64,000 bases of DNA from Utricularia gibba. Lineage: Eukaryota > Plantae > Magnoliophyta. Positions 34,407 through 47,460 of this stretch are shown here, in pieces (position 1 is the first letter of the stretch; each line of letters starts with the position of its first letter). Below the pieces are notes generated by a model that had not been told where the DNA came from, did no database searches, and saw only the letters and a program-made list of their open reading frames with translations. Made by a program: the position numbers and the translations under genes. The DNA is taken from the NCBI GenBank assembly GCA_002189035.1, contig NEEC01000002.1, positions 310,001-374,000 of the forward strand, written 5' to 3'.

Positions 34407-35865
34407 TTTGGCTGACCCCAAACCGCCATGAAACTACTGCAATTCCAATCTTTCGTTTAAAAACATACAATTTTTTAATTCAATATTCTAATTTTAAAAC
34501 ATTTTATGATTTAATTATATTGTAATTATCTTATTAATAAAGTTTTTTTATTTTTATACGTAAAATATCATACTTATATTCATTGATATTTTATATACTA
34601 TTTTAAATTAATATTTATTTAGTAATTTGGGGAGGTAATTAGTATTTTGCATGTGTCAATGTTTTTTATTGGCATTTTACTTGAATTTTTTCTTTACTTT
34701 GCAAATTACCGTACTTTTGTAGTTTTCTTTGTAAAATACATTATGTTTATAAATTTGTTTGCAAAATAAAGGTATTTCAATTTTAAAATCATATATAACA
34801 TATTCAAAATTTTATAAAATACTTTTAGATATTCATAATTGTTGTTATCATTTTTTAATTCATAATTTTCAAATGAATAAATGATAAACTGAATTACAAA
34901 AAAAATTTAAATATTTCCAATTAATTGAAGATGATATTGAACATGTATGGAAAATAATTAATAAGTAAAGTTACAAAAAAATTTGGATAATTGTAATAGT
35001 TGATATAAAATAAAACATGTTATTAATTTTAATATGATGCTTGATTTTAATTATTTTGAAAACAATTTTAAAATACAATAAAACTATTTTTTATTATAAA
35101 TTTGAATGTGATATTTATAATTAAAATAATTTACTAATAATATAAAAAAATTAATTATTAATTTTTTTAGTAAATAACTCATATCATTTAATATATTATA
35201 TTTTTGTAAAATTTTTTAATTAGTTTACTAGTATAGTTTTATTAACATCATTATTAATAATAAATTTTATTATTTAATATAATTTTTAAAACATTATATT
35301 CAAGATTCTTTTGTTTTTATGTAAATATTATTTTCTTCAACATTTACCTAAGCCAAATATACTCACCATGAACTTTTTTTTATTTAAAAAATAAGAAGTC
35401 GGGTATTTTGCAAATGAAAACTGAGATTACATGTAATTTTTCAATTAAAAAAATTCCAGTATTTTGCAAATAAATGTAATCTGATACACGCATTTACCAA
35501 ATTTTGCCGTAATTTGGGCCCATGTCGTTACCAGTTTAATTACTAAATTATTTTTTAAGGATTTAATTATTGGTCGCATCGGAAGACCTGCAATGATATT
35601 AAACAACAATAATAATAAATGTCGTGTCTGAACAAGTCAAATTGGAAGTTCCGTCCAGGGGTAGGCATTTGCATTTTGTCCGAAAATAGAAACGACGGAC
35701 TCAATGCAGGAATAAAGGGTAGAAGAGTCATTTTTCAAGATTCAATGTCCACACCGAAGCAACTCTGTCAACTATCGCCGACATGGGCGGTGCGTCCCGT
35801 CCAATTTATCCATGTCCGCGGATGGCTGGTCAAAGTTTGTCGAGAAGCGTTGATTTTGGTCTCCC

Positions 35866-38800
35866 ATGGCGGCAAGAAGAAACTCCGTCCTGAACGCACC
35901 GGCGGCAGCGGAGAAAGCTGTTTCTGCAATCGGATTTGGGTACGATTTTACATCGGATCTACGTCTCTCCGCCTGTAAATCCACGTGCTCCGGTTCTAGC
36001 TTGATCGACTTGGACCGGACCCGAATCAAGGACTTGGTTGTTCCTGGTAATGTGACTGTCTCCAACGTCTCTTCTTCAATTAAGTGCGGTAAAGGCGAGC
36101 GTATCCGGTTTTCGTCCGATGCACTCACCTTCAACCAGGTCTGCACCAATTTTTTATACAAATCATCCCAAGTTTGTTTTTTAAGCTTGCTGCGTGATAT
36201 CATCGATTTTTTTCTTGCATTTTAACTGGAAATTTGGAAGTGATTCTTGTGCTCAAGTGAGGGCTGGAAGTTTTGATCATTATTTCTCCCTAGAGATGTA
36301 AAGTTTAGCATATATGTACTTGAATTCGGTACTGATGGAAAATTACAGTCAACTCTGGGCAGCTAATGATAGCTAGCTGGTTATCTTGATTTTCTCTTTC
36401 CTTGGAAGGGCATTTGCTCTCTGTCTTTTTCCCTCAAATTTTGTGTAGTGATGCACTAATTTATGAAGCTAGTTCGTTAACTGGTGGTTTCTGTCATCTA
36501 GGTAGCAGCATCATTTGCAAAACTGCGTTGAGTTGATTACCTCTCATGATGTCGTTTGACGCATTTTTTGATTTTCTACTTCAGATTTTCGTAATCATTC
36601 TGTGTTATTTTGGTGCTGTAATAACCTAATTTTTGTTTCGTATCTTTCAGATGTCAGAGCTTTTTAATCATGGACTATCTTTGTCGGGTAAAATTCCATC
36701 GGGTCATTTCAATGCAATGTTTGGCTTCAAGGGTCCATGGCAGAAAGATGCATCCGAAACAAAAATTCTTGCTTTTGATGGATGGTTGATTGGGCTATAT
36801 ACGATTGAGTTGGAAAAGTCACAGATAGCATTATGTAATGAAGTGAAGAATGAGGTGCCATCAACTTGTGATCCTCTTGCTCTTGCCGAGTAAGATCTGC
36901 AACTTGATGGTGGCTTTTCTTTTGTCCATTTATAATCTACGTCATGGAAATTGTTCTGTTGGAGCTTACTATGTTGGTCTGCTAAGTATTTGGTTGGGAT
37001 AGTCTTTTGATGTTCATATTGTTTTTCAGCTGTGAAAAAGTCAGTTTTGGTGACATTTTCCAGGTTTATTGAGAAATATGGCACCCACATTATTGTTGGG
37101 GTGATGATGGGGGTAAGGATGTGATTCATATCAAGCAACTTCGAAGTTCAAATCTCGAGCCAATTGAAGTGCGGACATTTTTGAAGAAGCAAGCTGATGA
37201 AAGATTTTGTGAAGATGGAGCAGTGAACTCTGCAGCCAACTTTAATATGCCATCCGTGAAGCCAGAGGTACTTGAAAAATCGTACTATAGCGTACCCGAA
37301 AGGCATAAAACGATGCAGTTGTGAATTACAGACTAAAAACATGATCTTGAAAATGATACCTTTAGTTATCAAACTGTAAATTGGATTGTGTTGACATGGC
37401 ATGCTACTCATGAACATTGTGAATGGTACTTTGTGTTGATTATGCTGTGGATTTTTGTAGTTATCAGAAAACTTACGAATTTGTCTTTTGAAATATATTC
37501 CCTTACAGGAAGTAGAGATCTCGGGTCATCAGCTCCCTTTAAGGCCACATGTTGTTTCTCATTCACCCAACAATGCAAGTATCACTTTCACACTTACAAC
37601 TCTTTCCACTCTCTTCTTTTAACCATCAGACACAATGATTTCTGCTACAGGATCTGCTGGCTATTCATATAAGAAGAGGGGTTTAGATAGCCATCAAAGT
37701 CATAAGCAATGGCTTTCAACTGTCACGCAGTACCCAAATGTGGTGTCAATGTCTCTTGTGCCTATTGCATCTCTTTTAGGTGGCATCAAAGGCGCTGGTT
37801 TCCTGAGCCAAGCAATTAATCTGTACCTGCGATGTGAGTGCATGTTTACAGTCATAGAATGTTTTGTCTATATTGTCCATGGTTTCTGGATTGCTGTAAT
37901 TATAACAGAGTTTATGTGGTTGCAGATAAGCCTCCAATCGAGGAGCTCGCGCAGTTTCTGGAATATCAATTGTTACCGCAGCAGTGGGCACCTGCATTCA
38001 GTGACCTTCCACTCGGCCGTGCATTCAAGAAAGATGCATATCCATCTCTTCAGTTTAGACCACTGGGACCGAAGCTTTATGTCAATACTATAAAGGTGAT
38101 CTTTTCATTGCAAGACACAGATTGTCTCTGTCATATGATCTTTTACACTGCTTTTACTTCACTGGCATTTCGACTAATCAGTAATTGTAGGTTGACACAG
38201 GCAAGAGACCCGTGACCGGAGTTCGTTTGTTCTTGGAAGGCAAGAGAAACGATTACTTGGGAATACATCTGCAACATCTCTCGTCATGCCCGCTTTCCCT
38301 CAGGATCTCTCCATGTCGTATGCTGGAGATGCAGGATGAGGAGATACCGCGAGACTACTTTGTGCCAGTCAACTGGAGCATATTTTCTCACATATGCACT
38401 TACCCTGTGGAGTATCACGGAGCCCGGACTGGCGATCCTGCATGCATTGTCACCAGGGCGCACTTCCAAGTCAAGGTTATTGGCATGAAAAATGTGCTTT
38501 TCCTAAGGCTGGGATTCTCCGAAGTTGAATCTGCAAAAATCCGGAGGTCGGAATGGGATGGAGCCGCCGCCGGCGCATCAAAGAAATCAGGGCTTTCATC
38601 ACTGTTGATCAGCTCCCCATTCAGTGCAGCTCTGCAGCAGCCCGATGAATCCCCAAAACAGATCGTCAACTCAGCAGTGTACCCGGGAGGGCCGCCTACC
38701 CCCTCGAAAGCGCCAAAGATGTCATACTTTGTCGACACAAAGGAAGTGGTTAAAGGAGCCGAGGATGCACCAGGACACTGGGTCGTCACCGGGGCAAAGC

Positions 38801-38883
38801 TCGGCGTTGACGGCGGGATGATACGAACCCGTGTAAAATTTTCCTTGCTCACCATAACGTCGGAAGATTCTCCGTCGGTGTGA
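35866..38883 (+). CDS. NSL1: MACPF-domain protein NSL1-like, with two apparent frameshifts
   Basis: AAEKAVSAIGFGYDFTSDLRLSACK, SIKCGKGER, SGKIPSG, FIEKYGTHIIVGV, GFLSQAINLYLR, C-terminal NSAVYPGGP..VDTKEVVKG..GHWVVTGAKL. -1 shifts at G runs 37109-37113 (MGGKDV) and 37678-37681 (RRGGLD). Confidence 0.9.
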
Positions 38884-40341
38884 TAAAAAAAACGCATCTG
38901 TAAGTTGATATTTGGAGGAAGCCCGGAGTGAAAAGCTTGTCGTTTTCAGCTGTTGCATTCCATTTGTATTCACATCACTTCATTTTTTTTTTTACCTTGG
39001 ATTTGTTGTAATAAAGAGCAACTGGACATGGCATAAGAAATCAAATTACACCCATCCAGAAGGGTTCTCCTTTTTGCTCCGACCCATCTGTGACCGGTAT
39101 GTGAAAATAATGAACCGCAGCACCGCTATTGGGAGGCGGCGGTGCACGTGACCGGCGGGAGCCGTTCACTGAACGCGGACAAGAGCCTTGTCTCAATCAA
39201 GACAGCTCCACAACCTATTTGGGACACGTGCCTCCTGTTTTCATGCCGGTGTCGACCCACCTTGCTATTATTCGTAAAGTAGCTCAGCAATCGAGTATAC
39301 GCCATTATTAACTACAGCGACGCTTCGTGTTTCTCCTCTCCCCCTATCCTTCAAATACAATTCAGACACTTAATCCAATTCATACGTTCACAATACATAA
39401 TTCCACATTGAAAAATAAAAATAAAATAGTCAATTATATAGCAATTACAAATCACAATTAATCAATTGGATTTAATAATTTCTATTATGATTTACGTTTT
39501 TTGTGTATTTGGGTTAACATGTAATCGCCCTACTTATCAAATAATTTCAACACATACACTCACAATCCGCGACTTCGCCGCGCTGCCTGTCCGAATTACA
39601 TGGTTCTAACATTTTATAAGCACCGCCTGCGCTGTCCACCCACCCAGCTCTGGTTACACGGCCGGACAAACCCCGAACCAGGCGCCGCGTAGTGACGGCC
39701 ACCTTCTGGTAGGCGTAAATAAATATCCACGGTGGGCATCCATCCACGTGTCGCGCTGTCGTGGCATCCTATCTATTCTTCTTTTTTTAGTAATATATGG
39801 ATCCCACAGGATTCCCTATGACTCACCATTGGGTTGGAAAGAAATCCCCCAAGTTTAGATATTTATCTATTTCTCGAAAATTGATTTTAATAATTAAATA
39901 TTTACATTTTCTTAAAAATAAAAATTATTTCTAAATTTTCTTTTTTTTAACATCAAGAACAATTTTCAACAAGCAGAAGGTGTTGTTGATGTATTTAAAA
40001 TATTTAAATAAAAAATTAATTAAAAAAGGAATTAAACATGTTTTTTGTGTTATTTAATAAAGTTATTGGAAAAAAAATGTGGACCGTGGTGGGGTCCATG
40101 GATGGCTGCATCCTCCAAGTGGAGATGTGGATAGGTATGCTATGCAATGCGATGCGGGCGAGCATATCCAAATGCCTCTCTGGAGCTAAATCTGCCCGCT
40201 GCTGACGTGGATCCTGGTTGTCGAGGCACGCCGGTTACCCCCGGTCATGGGGCCCACCTTGCTTCGCCTATAAATTCCAGGAGCGCCCGTCCTGAGTTCT
40301 CCCCCCAGCGCAAGGACTAGTTTTTATTTTGGTACTTGTGA

Positions 40342-41408
40342 ATGCGGAAACAGAGGTCCGGAGTTCCGATGATGAATCGTGGGATTCTGCTGTGTGACAG
40401 CCGTGCACCGGAGGTATCCGGCGAGCCGGCGATAAATCTCTCTGACGATACGGTTTTTGAGTTCTTGTGTGGAGAATTCCACCATTCGTCGCCGGTGGGG
40501 GACGACGGCGGGCGAGGGTTTCGGGAGGAGCTGGAGAATGAGAACGAAGATGGGAATCAGGATGCGGAAGGTGATGCTTTCTGGGAAACGCAGCATAATT
40601 TGTTGCAGGTAGGGTTCTTGCTCGTAATTCCCTAATTTCCCCTCAATCTCTCTCTCCAAGAATATTCTGGTTGATTCGAGACTGATGTTTCTTGTAGTCG
40701 ACGATATCCAGAACGACGTCGTTAGAGTCACGAATTCGAAAAATTACCTATCACGCTGTAGATGAAGCACGTGGATCATGTGGCTGCTGCACCGCTCCTC
40801 CCACAGGCGCTTGCCGGAAATGCCTGATGGAAGATGTTTGCCGGCGACTTCGAAACGCTGGTTTCGACAGCGCGATCTGCAACTCCAAGTGGATAAGCTC
40901 GCCGGAGATTCCCTCAGGTTAATTCATGTTTCATCCTAAGAAACTGTGATCATGTCTGCTAAAGGGAGGGGCGGGTTGCTGCAGGGCAACACACATTCCT
41001 GGATGTAGTGGACAACTCTAACCCGAAAAGGGGCAGGTCCGGGTCGTCATCGAGTTCAATTTCCGATCCGAGTTCGAAATAGCCCGATCCAACGACGACT
41101 ACAAGAAGCTGGTGCAGAGGCTGCCCGAAACATTTGTCGGCAAGATCGAGCGGCTGCTAGGGGTGTTGAGGATCATGAGCGCGGCGGCGAAAAAGTGCAT
41201 GAAGGAGAAGAAAATGCACATGGGGCCGTGGAGGAAGCATCGCTACATGGAAGCGAAATGGATGAAGACTAACGACAGATCAAGCGCCCCCAAATCCTTC
41301 GACTCCACGGCGCTGGTTCCTCATGGAAGACCAAGAATGTCGATGCTGACTCTGGATTTGAAGGAGAGCCGCGGCAGTCTGCACAGACCGGTGGTGAGGG
41401 TGGTCTGA
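40342..41408 (+). CDS. DUF506 (PD-(D/E)XK-like) plant protein, 3 exons
   Basis: Exons about 40342-40608, 40698-40917 and 40986-41408. LRNAGFDSAICNSKW, HTFLDVV, RVVIEFNFRSEFEIAR, FVGKIERL, MHMGPWRKHRYMEAKW. -1 shift at G run 41030-41033. Confidence 0.88.
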
Positions 41409-43916
41409 GGAGGAAGCTTCTCAACCTTGATCGTGACTCGCGAGTGGGTGATATGAATATTTACGTCGCTGGGTCACACACGTGGCATCATTTTTTTTTT
41501 TTTTTTGGAACATGAGTTTTGGTAAAAAAAATACAGAATAATCAGTGATGGGTAACAATGCCATGTAATCTTTTGGACTACATCAACCTCACAGTAAAAA
41601 AAATTATAATTTTATTTCCCAGCTGTAATTAATAAATAAAAGTATTGAGTATGTGGAAATTTATAGTAAAAAAAAAAAGGTAAGAGAAGTGCCTAATAAA
41701 AGAGTGCACATGCATGTACATCTATTCACTCAAGTTTTTTTTTGTTTTTTTTGATTGTAAATAAGGGTTTTTTTATAAAGAAAATATTATTATTTTGAAG
41801 AGCAATATTACTTTAAATACAAATGACACACAGCAATCAAAGTCATAGAAACAACACAAATCCCAAATTATTACTAAATCCCTCTTTGATTAAAATATAA
41901 ACTAGACTACTTGATAATGTTTGATTGATATGATTAAGTATATGGTTATAAATTATGGGATATTTCGCTCGAAGATTTTTTTTTTAATTCTATGTACATA
42001 GATTTATTTAAAATGACCTCCTCTGGTACCATTTAATTTCATCAACTGAATAATATCTAAAAAACTAGTCGTTATATATCATCTTTTTTTTTATCTCATT
42101 CTAATCAATCAAACACTTGATCAGCCTACTCCATTATCAAGTGTCTTTCCTGCAACTTGATTGGCCTAACTAAACAAACAAAAGCAAAGCGGAGGAGTCG
42201 GTGGGCTGGGTCTGAGTCAAGTTGAAGGGAAAGCAGATGCATCCACGTTAGAGCTACAGGATATTTTTGAGGAAGGGATGGTGACATGAAACAACAGGTT
42301 TCTTTCCCGTCCACAGCAGCAGAGGATCCGCAGTCAGTCCCCTTCATGCGGCACAGGAGTCGCTGTCCACCACGAAATATCTTCAAAGTTGGAGCCGCTA
42401 GTGCCGATGAACGGGACAAGGAAAGGGATGGGCATCTGCTGCTGCTGCTGCATCTGGACGTGTGTTGTTGCAGTATCATACAGCCACAGTTGTGTGTTAT
42501 GAGTAGTATATTGAAGCATTATAGATTAATAATAATTGATTGAATCTAATCTTTTTTAATATAATTTACGTTTATTATATATTTGAATTTCATTTACACT
42601 TGTTCAATCTATTGAATCCTTAACTTTTATATTTTTAACTTCAACCGTGGATAAAAATGATTTCATCTATTCAAATTCACAAGTAAATAAAAATGCATCT
42701 CCTAAGTTTTGTGCGTTTGTGTGTGTGATTTTTTTTTATTATGATAATTATTTAAATAGAAAAAATGAAACTTTATTATTGGGATTCCGAGGGCAGAACA
42801 AGTGCGGTTGGTGCGTGTCACATGTCATTCTTTGTTCATCATGAAGATGACGTTGATGATCCACTACCTGGGTGGACTACTTCGGGTCCGGGTCCGGGTC
42901 TGGCCCCCTTTCTCGAATGTGCAGTTGTCCTACATTCTATGCACTTACGCTCTATCTTGGTAATTCCTAGGGTTAGTTATAGTACTATATATTAGATATC
43001 ATGATAACTTTATTATTTTATTTTTTAATCATGATTGGATATTTAATTCTTATTTTGAACATTTTAAAAGTATCTAATTATAATGTTTTTTTTAAATTCA
43101 ATGGTAGATAATGTTCATGTTTTAAAAACCTTAGTTCAATCGCTTTCAACTGTATGATAGTTATTCAATTAAATTCGAATTGTTTTAAAATAAAAATAAA
43201 TGACTATCCAATCACCATTCAGTTACGATTGGATCATGATTTAATTACAATTCAATTATGGGTTGATGCTTATTTATAAGAAAAATATTTTCATTTTTTT
43301 AAAATATATAATTCAGTTACGATTAAAATCGTTCTAATTGCAAACCATTTGTGTAACTGGTTTACTATTTTTTGATGATTCAAAATCGTGGGCTCATTCT
43401 CCTATACATCATGCAAAAAAAAGAATAATAATAATAATTAAGTGATCGTACGGAATTTGTGCATGATGTTGTCCTAGTCTTGGACTCCTAGCTGGGGCCC
43501 ACATTCGAAAGAGGAAACGTGTTTCTTTGGGCCAGGACTGAAGTTTGGCCCAAGTTGAACCGCTGCCGGCCTGCCGCTGCTCTGCTGAAATTCTCCTTTC
43601 CATCTTCGTTCAGTCTGAGTTGCCGCCCAAGTTTCTGCGAGCAATGTTTCGCGATTTATATGTTCATTCGAGTCTTGTGAAGGGCTTTCGATTTCAGTGG
43701 AATGTTTTTTTGCTCAGTATTCTTCACCCACCGCGAATCAGCGCAATTCTTGGATGGCTTCCCCTGAATCGTTGGCCTTCTTGGTACTCTACAGATGACA
43801 ACAGTCCGGGTGTTTCTGGGCGACGGGGCTTGTTCATTCAAGTTGAAAAGGGCCACAGAGCATAAGTCTGACGGAGGAACTAGAGTGTTTTTCTCGTTGT
43901 GCGGTTGGCCAGGCGA

Positions 43917-45494
43917 ATGTATCTTTTGATGCGTTCGTTGCGAAATTCATCTTGTTTCCAGGTGAGTTCTTTAGAAAACTTTATAGTAGCGTTGAAAAAT
44001 CCGTGTATGCTAAAGCCGAGATGCTTCTGCGTGCAAAGTTTGAGTCTTTGCTACATTGGTGGTAAAAATGGCGAAGATGAACACAAATTGGCCGAAAGGG
44101 TATGCAAACTGGTGTGTGAGAATGGGAATTCAGGGAATCTTGAATCTGTTCTTGATTCCACTATAGCAGATAACAGCTTCTCCCCTGCTCTGGTTCTTCA
44201 AGTGTTGCAGAAACTCAACAATGCGGGAACCCTGGCGTTATTATTTTTCCAGTGGGCGAAGAAAAGAGAGGCCTTTCAACCAAGCGCCGAGAGCTACAAC
44301 GTTCTCATTGAATCACTGGGGAAGATAAAGCAGTTCAAAATGGTTTGGGTTTTGGTGGATGAGATGAAATCCAAAGGTATTCTTTGTAAAACCACTTTCG
44401 CTCTCGTTTGCAGAAGGCTTTCTAGGGCAAGGAGAGTAAAAGAAGCGTTAGATGCATTTGAGAAAATGAAGAAATACGGGTTGTATCCAGTGCTGAATGA
44501 CTACAACAGATTGCTTGATACCTTGTGCAAATCCAGGCAAGTGAAGGTTGCACAAGATTTGTTCGATAAAATGTCAAACAGGGAGTTCGTGCCAGACATT
44601 ATATCTTACACAATACTGTTGGAAGGTTGGGGACAAGAATGTGATTTACGCCGGCTTGATGCGGCTTATGGCGAGATGAGGAATCGAGGATTTGAGCCTG
44701 ATGTAGTGACTTATGGCATTCTGATTAATGCATATTGCAAAGCTCAAAGATCTGATGAAGGGGTGAAGTTGTATAATGAAATGCAGGGGAAGAACATCAC
44801 TCCAACTCCCCATATATACTGCACCTTGATCAGTGGTTTTGGCACTGAAAGAAGGTTGGATGAAGCTATCAAGTTCTTCAAGCTATGCCAACTTAGCGAC
44901 CACGCTATCGAAGCTCCAACTTACAATGCTCTTCTCTGTGCATATTGCAGGTCAGATCGGATTAACGACGCATTCAGACTAATAGCTGAGATGCAAAAAC
45001 GTGGACTAGGGCCTGAGACTCTAACATATGACATAATTCTCCACAGTCTTGTGAGACAGCAGAGAACCAGTGAGGCATACCATTTGTTTCTGAAAATGGG
45101 CGATGAACCGGGCTGTCGCCCCGCCACGAGCACATACGAGATCATGGTGAGGATGTTTTGCAGGGGAGGGAGGACGGATATGGCGTTGTGGGTATGGGAT
45201 CAGATGAAGGATAGAGGTGTGCTGCCTAGAATGCATATGTTCTCTGCTCTGATAGAGGGGCTGTGTGAGGATTGTAAGTTGGATGAAGCTTGCAGATACT
45301 TGGTGGAGATGATGGACATGGGAATCCGCCCCCCAAAGCGCTTGTTTGATTTCTTGAAACAGTTTTTGGTGGAAGAGGGGAGGGAAGACACTGTGATTCT
45401 ACTGGCGCATAAGATTGATACTCTGGTTGCTGCCCGCTTTCATGCCCGGGTCGCCGGGTCACCCGTCAAGGGGTCCGAGATTCTGAAAGAATGA
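43917..45494 (+). CDS. P-class pentatricopeptide repeat protein (At1g71060-like, probably mitochondrial), single exon
   Basis: Intact ORF with tandem 35-aa PPR motifs (YNVLIESLGKIKQF, PDIISYTILLEGWG, PDVVTYGILINAYCK, TYNALLCAYC). Start could be 43917 or 43929. Confidence 0.93.
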   Translation: MYLLMRSLRNSSCFQVSSLENFIVALKNPCMLKPRCFCVQSLSLCYIGGKNGEDEHKLAERVCKLVCENGNSGNLESVLDSTIADNSFSPALVLQVLQKLNNAGTLALLFFQWAKKREAFQPSAESYNVLIESLGKIKQFKMVWVLVDEMKSKGILCKTTFALVCRRLSRARRVKEALDAFEKMKKYGLYPVLNDYNRLLDTLCKSRQVKVAQDLFDKMSNREFVPDIISYTILLEGWGQECDLRRLDAAYGEMRNRGFEPDVVTYGILINAYCKAQRSDEGVKLYNEMQGKNITPTPHIYCTLISGFGTERRLDEAIKFFKLCQLSDHAIEAPTYNALLCAYCRSDRINDAFRLIAEMQKRGLGPETLTYDIILHSLVRQQRTSEAYHLFLKMGDEPGCRPATSTYEIMVRMFCRGGRTDMALWVWDQMKDRGVLPRMHMFSALIEGLCEDCKLDEACRYLVEMMDMGIRPPKRLFDFLKQFLVEEGREDTVILLAHKIDTLVAARFHARVAGSPVKGSEILKE

Positions 45495-46176
45495 TTTTGT
45501 ATAATAATTTTTTCTGTATATTAGTAAACAAGTAAACAGTTGCTAAGCAAAAAAAATCCACCATGATGGTCAAATGTGAATAGTATTGATATGGGTTCGA
45601 ATTGGAATCGTGTTTTGGTTTTGATTTCAATTCAATTTCTTATTTTTTATTCGATTTCCGATTTTCATTAAGGGTTCGATTTAATGAGTTGAAGAATTTT
45701 AGATGAATTTTATATTGGTTATAGATAGAATAGATGAATACTTTATATAGAATTATTTTTTAGTTATTTTCACTGAAAGAATAAAATATAAATCATGAAA
45801 ATTAAATGTTTAAAATGTACAATATTATACAAGAATATAATGTATCATTATATATCAACTTTTACTCAATATTTGTTAATTTGAATAGAAAATAATTGAA
45901 TTTGAGTTACTTAAGATGTGATAAATTTAGTTTATAAATTTTACATATTCATGAATTTGAAACAAAATACATAATAATTTTCTATTCACAATGGGCTTTT
46001 TTTTATTTACTTTGATGTTGGAGAAGAAGGCATGGGAAGAATAGGGGGGTGACAAGGAGAGTTTGACTAAAACCTAGCAGGCGTGCGAGTACTCGCTAAG
46101 ATTCGCGCGTGGCCCAGGTTGTCAGAGAGGACTTTCTTCCTCTCCTTTCCTCGCATGCTTTTACGTGTCCGCACGC

Positions 46177-46201
46177 TCTTCTTCTTCTTCTTCTTCTTCT
46201 T
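46177..46201 (+). repeat. (CTT)n microsatellite in the VQ gene leader
   Basis: About 8 CTT units seen directly. Confidence 0.7.
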
Positions 46202-46240
46202 CTCTTTCGTCGCGGCTTCGAAATTTGTGTGTCGACGTCC

Positions 46241-46741
46241 ATGGCGGAGAACGCATCCTCTCCAACTACAAGATTCGACCCTAATAGCCTCTGCCCAACC
46301 ACCTTCGTGCACGCGGACACCTCCTCCTTCAAGCGCGTCGTACAGATGCTGACCGGCTCCGCCGACACCGCCCGCGTCGACCCTAAATCCCCTGCTCCCT
46401 ACGGGAGACACGGGTCCACCACCACTTCCAACCTCTACGAGAGAAGAATCAGCGGCAACTCTACTATCGGGGCACTAGCAGGGCCTCCGCGGCCCCGACT
46501 CCAAGCTACGCCGGCGGCGATTCTCTCGCCGAGGCTTCTCGATTTCCCGGCACTGCTCCTTAGCCCGGTGACGCCGTTAAACCCGGATCCTTTCAATAGA
46601 AGTGACGTCATGGCGGCGGAGGAGAGAGCGATCAAGGAGAAACGGTTCTATCTCCATCCTACCCCGACGAGCACGCCGCGGGACTCGGATCCCCCCCTCC
46701 TTCTGCTTTTCCCGGTGTCGTCGCCGCGTGAGAGTCCATGA
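46241..46741 (+). CDS. VQ-motif protein (VQ4/MVQ1-like), 166 aa, single exon
   Basis: TTFVHADTSSFKRVVQMLTG (FxxxVQxLTG), LSPRLLDFPALLLSPVTPL, EERAIKEKRFYLHPTP, LFPVSSP with multiple SP/TP MAPK sites. Confidence 0.93.
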   Translation: MAENASSPTTRFDPNSLCPTTFVHADTSSFKRVVQMLTGSADTARVDPKSPAPYGRHGSTTTSNLYERRISGNSTIGALAGPPRPRLQATPAAILSPRLLDFPALLLSPVTPLNPDPFNRSDVMAAEERAIKEKRFYLHPTPTSTPRDSDPPLLLLFPVSSPRESP

Positions 46742-47460
46742 GATGCCCTGCTTCATCTTCTCGCTGCCAGTTGAGTTCTGTGCGTTGGCGAAGAAGAAAG
46801 CGAAGGCGTGAACGAAGGGCTCCCACTCTCCAGGCGGTCGTTGACTGACGCCGTTCTTGGACAGGATACACCGACGGGGCCCCGGCCCGCCCACAATACA
46901 AACAAACGGAAAAAGGAAATCCACGGTGACGCTGCTTTTCCAGTAAATATGAAGACATTTTCAGAGCTTTGTGTTCTTAGATGCAATATTATTAATATTC
47001 CGTCTTAATTATTGGATGCATGATCATGATTAAGACATTCAATCATATCCCAACCCAGGCTTCCCTATTGGTTAGGACAACCCAAGCCTTAATGAAGATT
47101 AATTATTCAACAGCATTTTCAACAAAGTAATTTTAATAAAAAAAAGACCGGGCTAATCCTTGTCCTAAGAGTGGTGTCGTGTCGGCAGCTGATTGGGCCA
47201 TTAACCTTGACTTTTCTTCATCGTCTTCGCAAACACTGATGAACAAGCAGCAAACATCCGTGTGTGTGTGTGTCGGGTTGACGACACCTTCAGGTTGATG
47301 AAAGGGGTTCAAGAACATGTTATAACAGAATTCTTTCATGTTATCACACCCATGCCCATGCACGTCCCACAACAAGCACACCATTCACCAACGTAGTATT
47401 CTATTATCATGTTTTCCTCCTCAAAGTGCCGGCCGGCTGCTATGCAGCAGCATTCCTCCT

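Noticed and set aside
42890-42960. Minus-strand KCIECRTT..GP resembling a GATA finger
   Set aside because: Lacks TPxWR and the second CNAC pair.
46067-46958. Several 66-115 aa antisense ORFs over the VQ gene
   Set aside because: Shadow ORFs of GC-rich coding sequence and the (CTT)n repeat.
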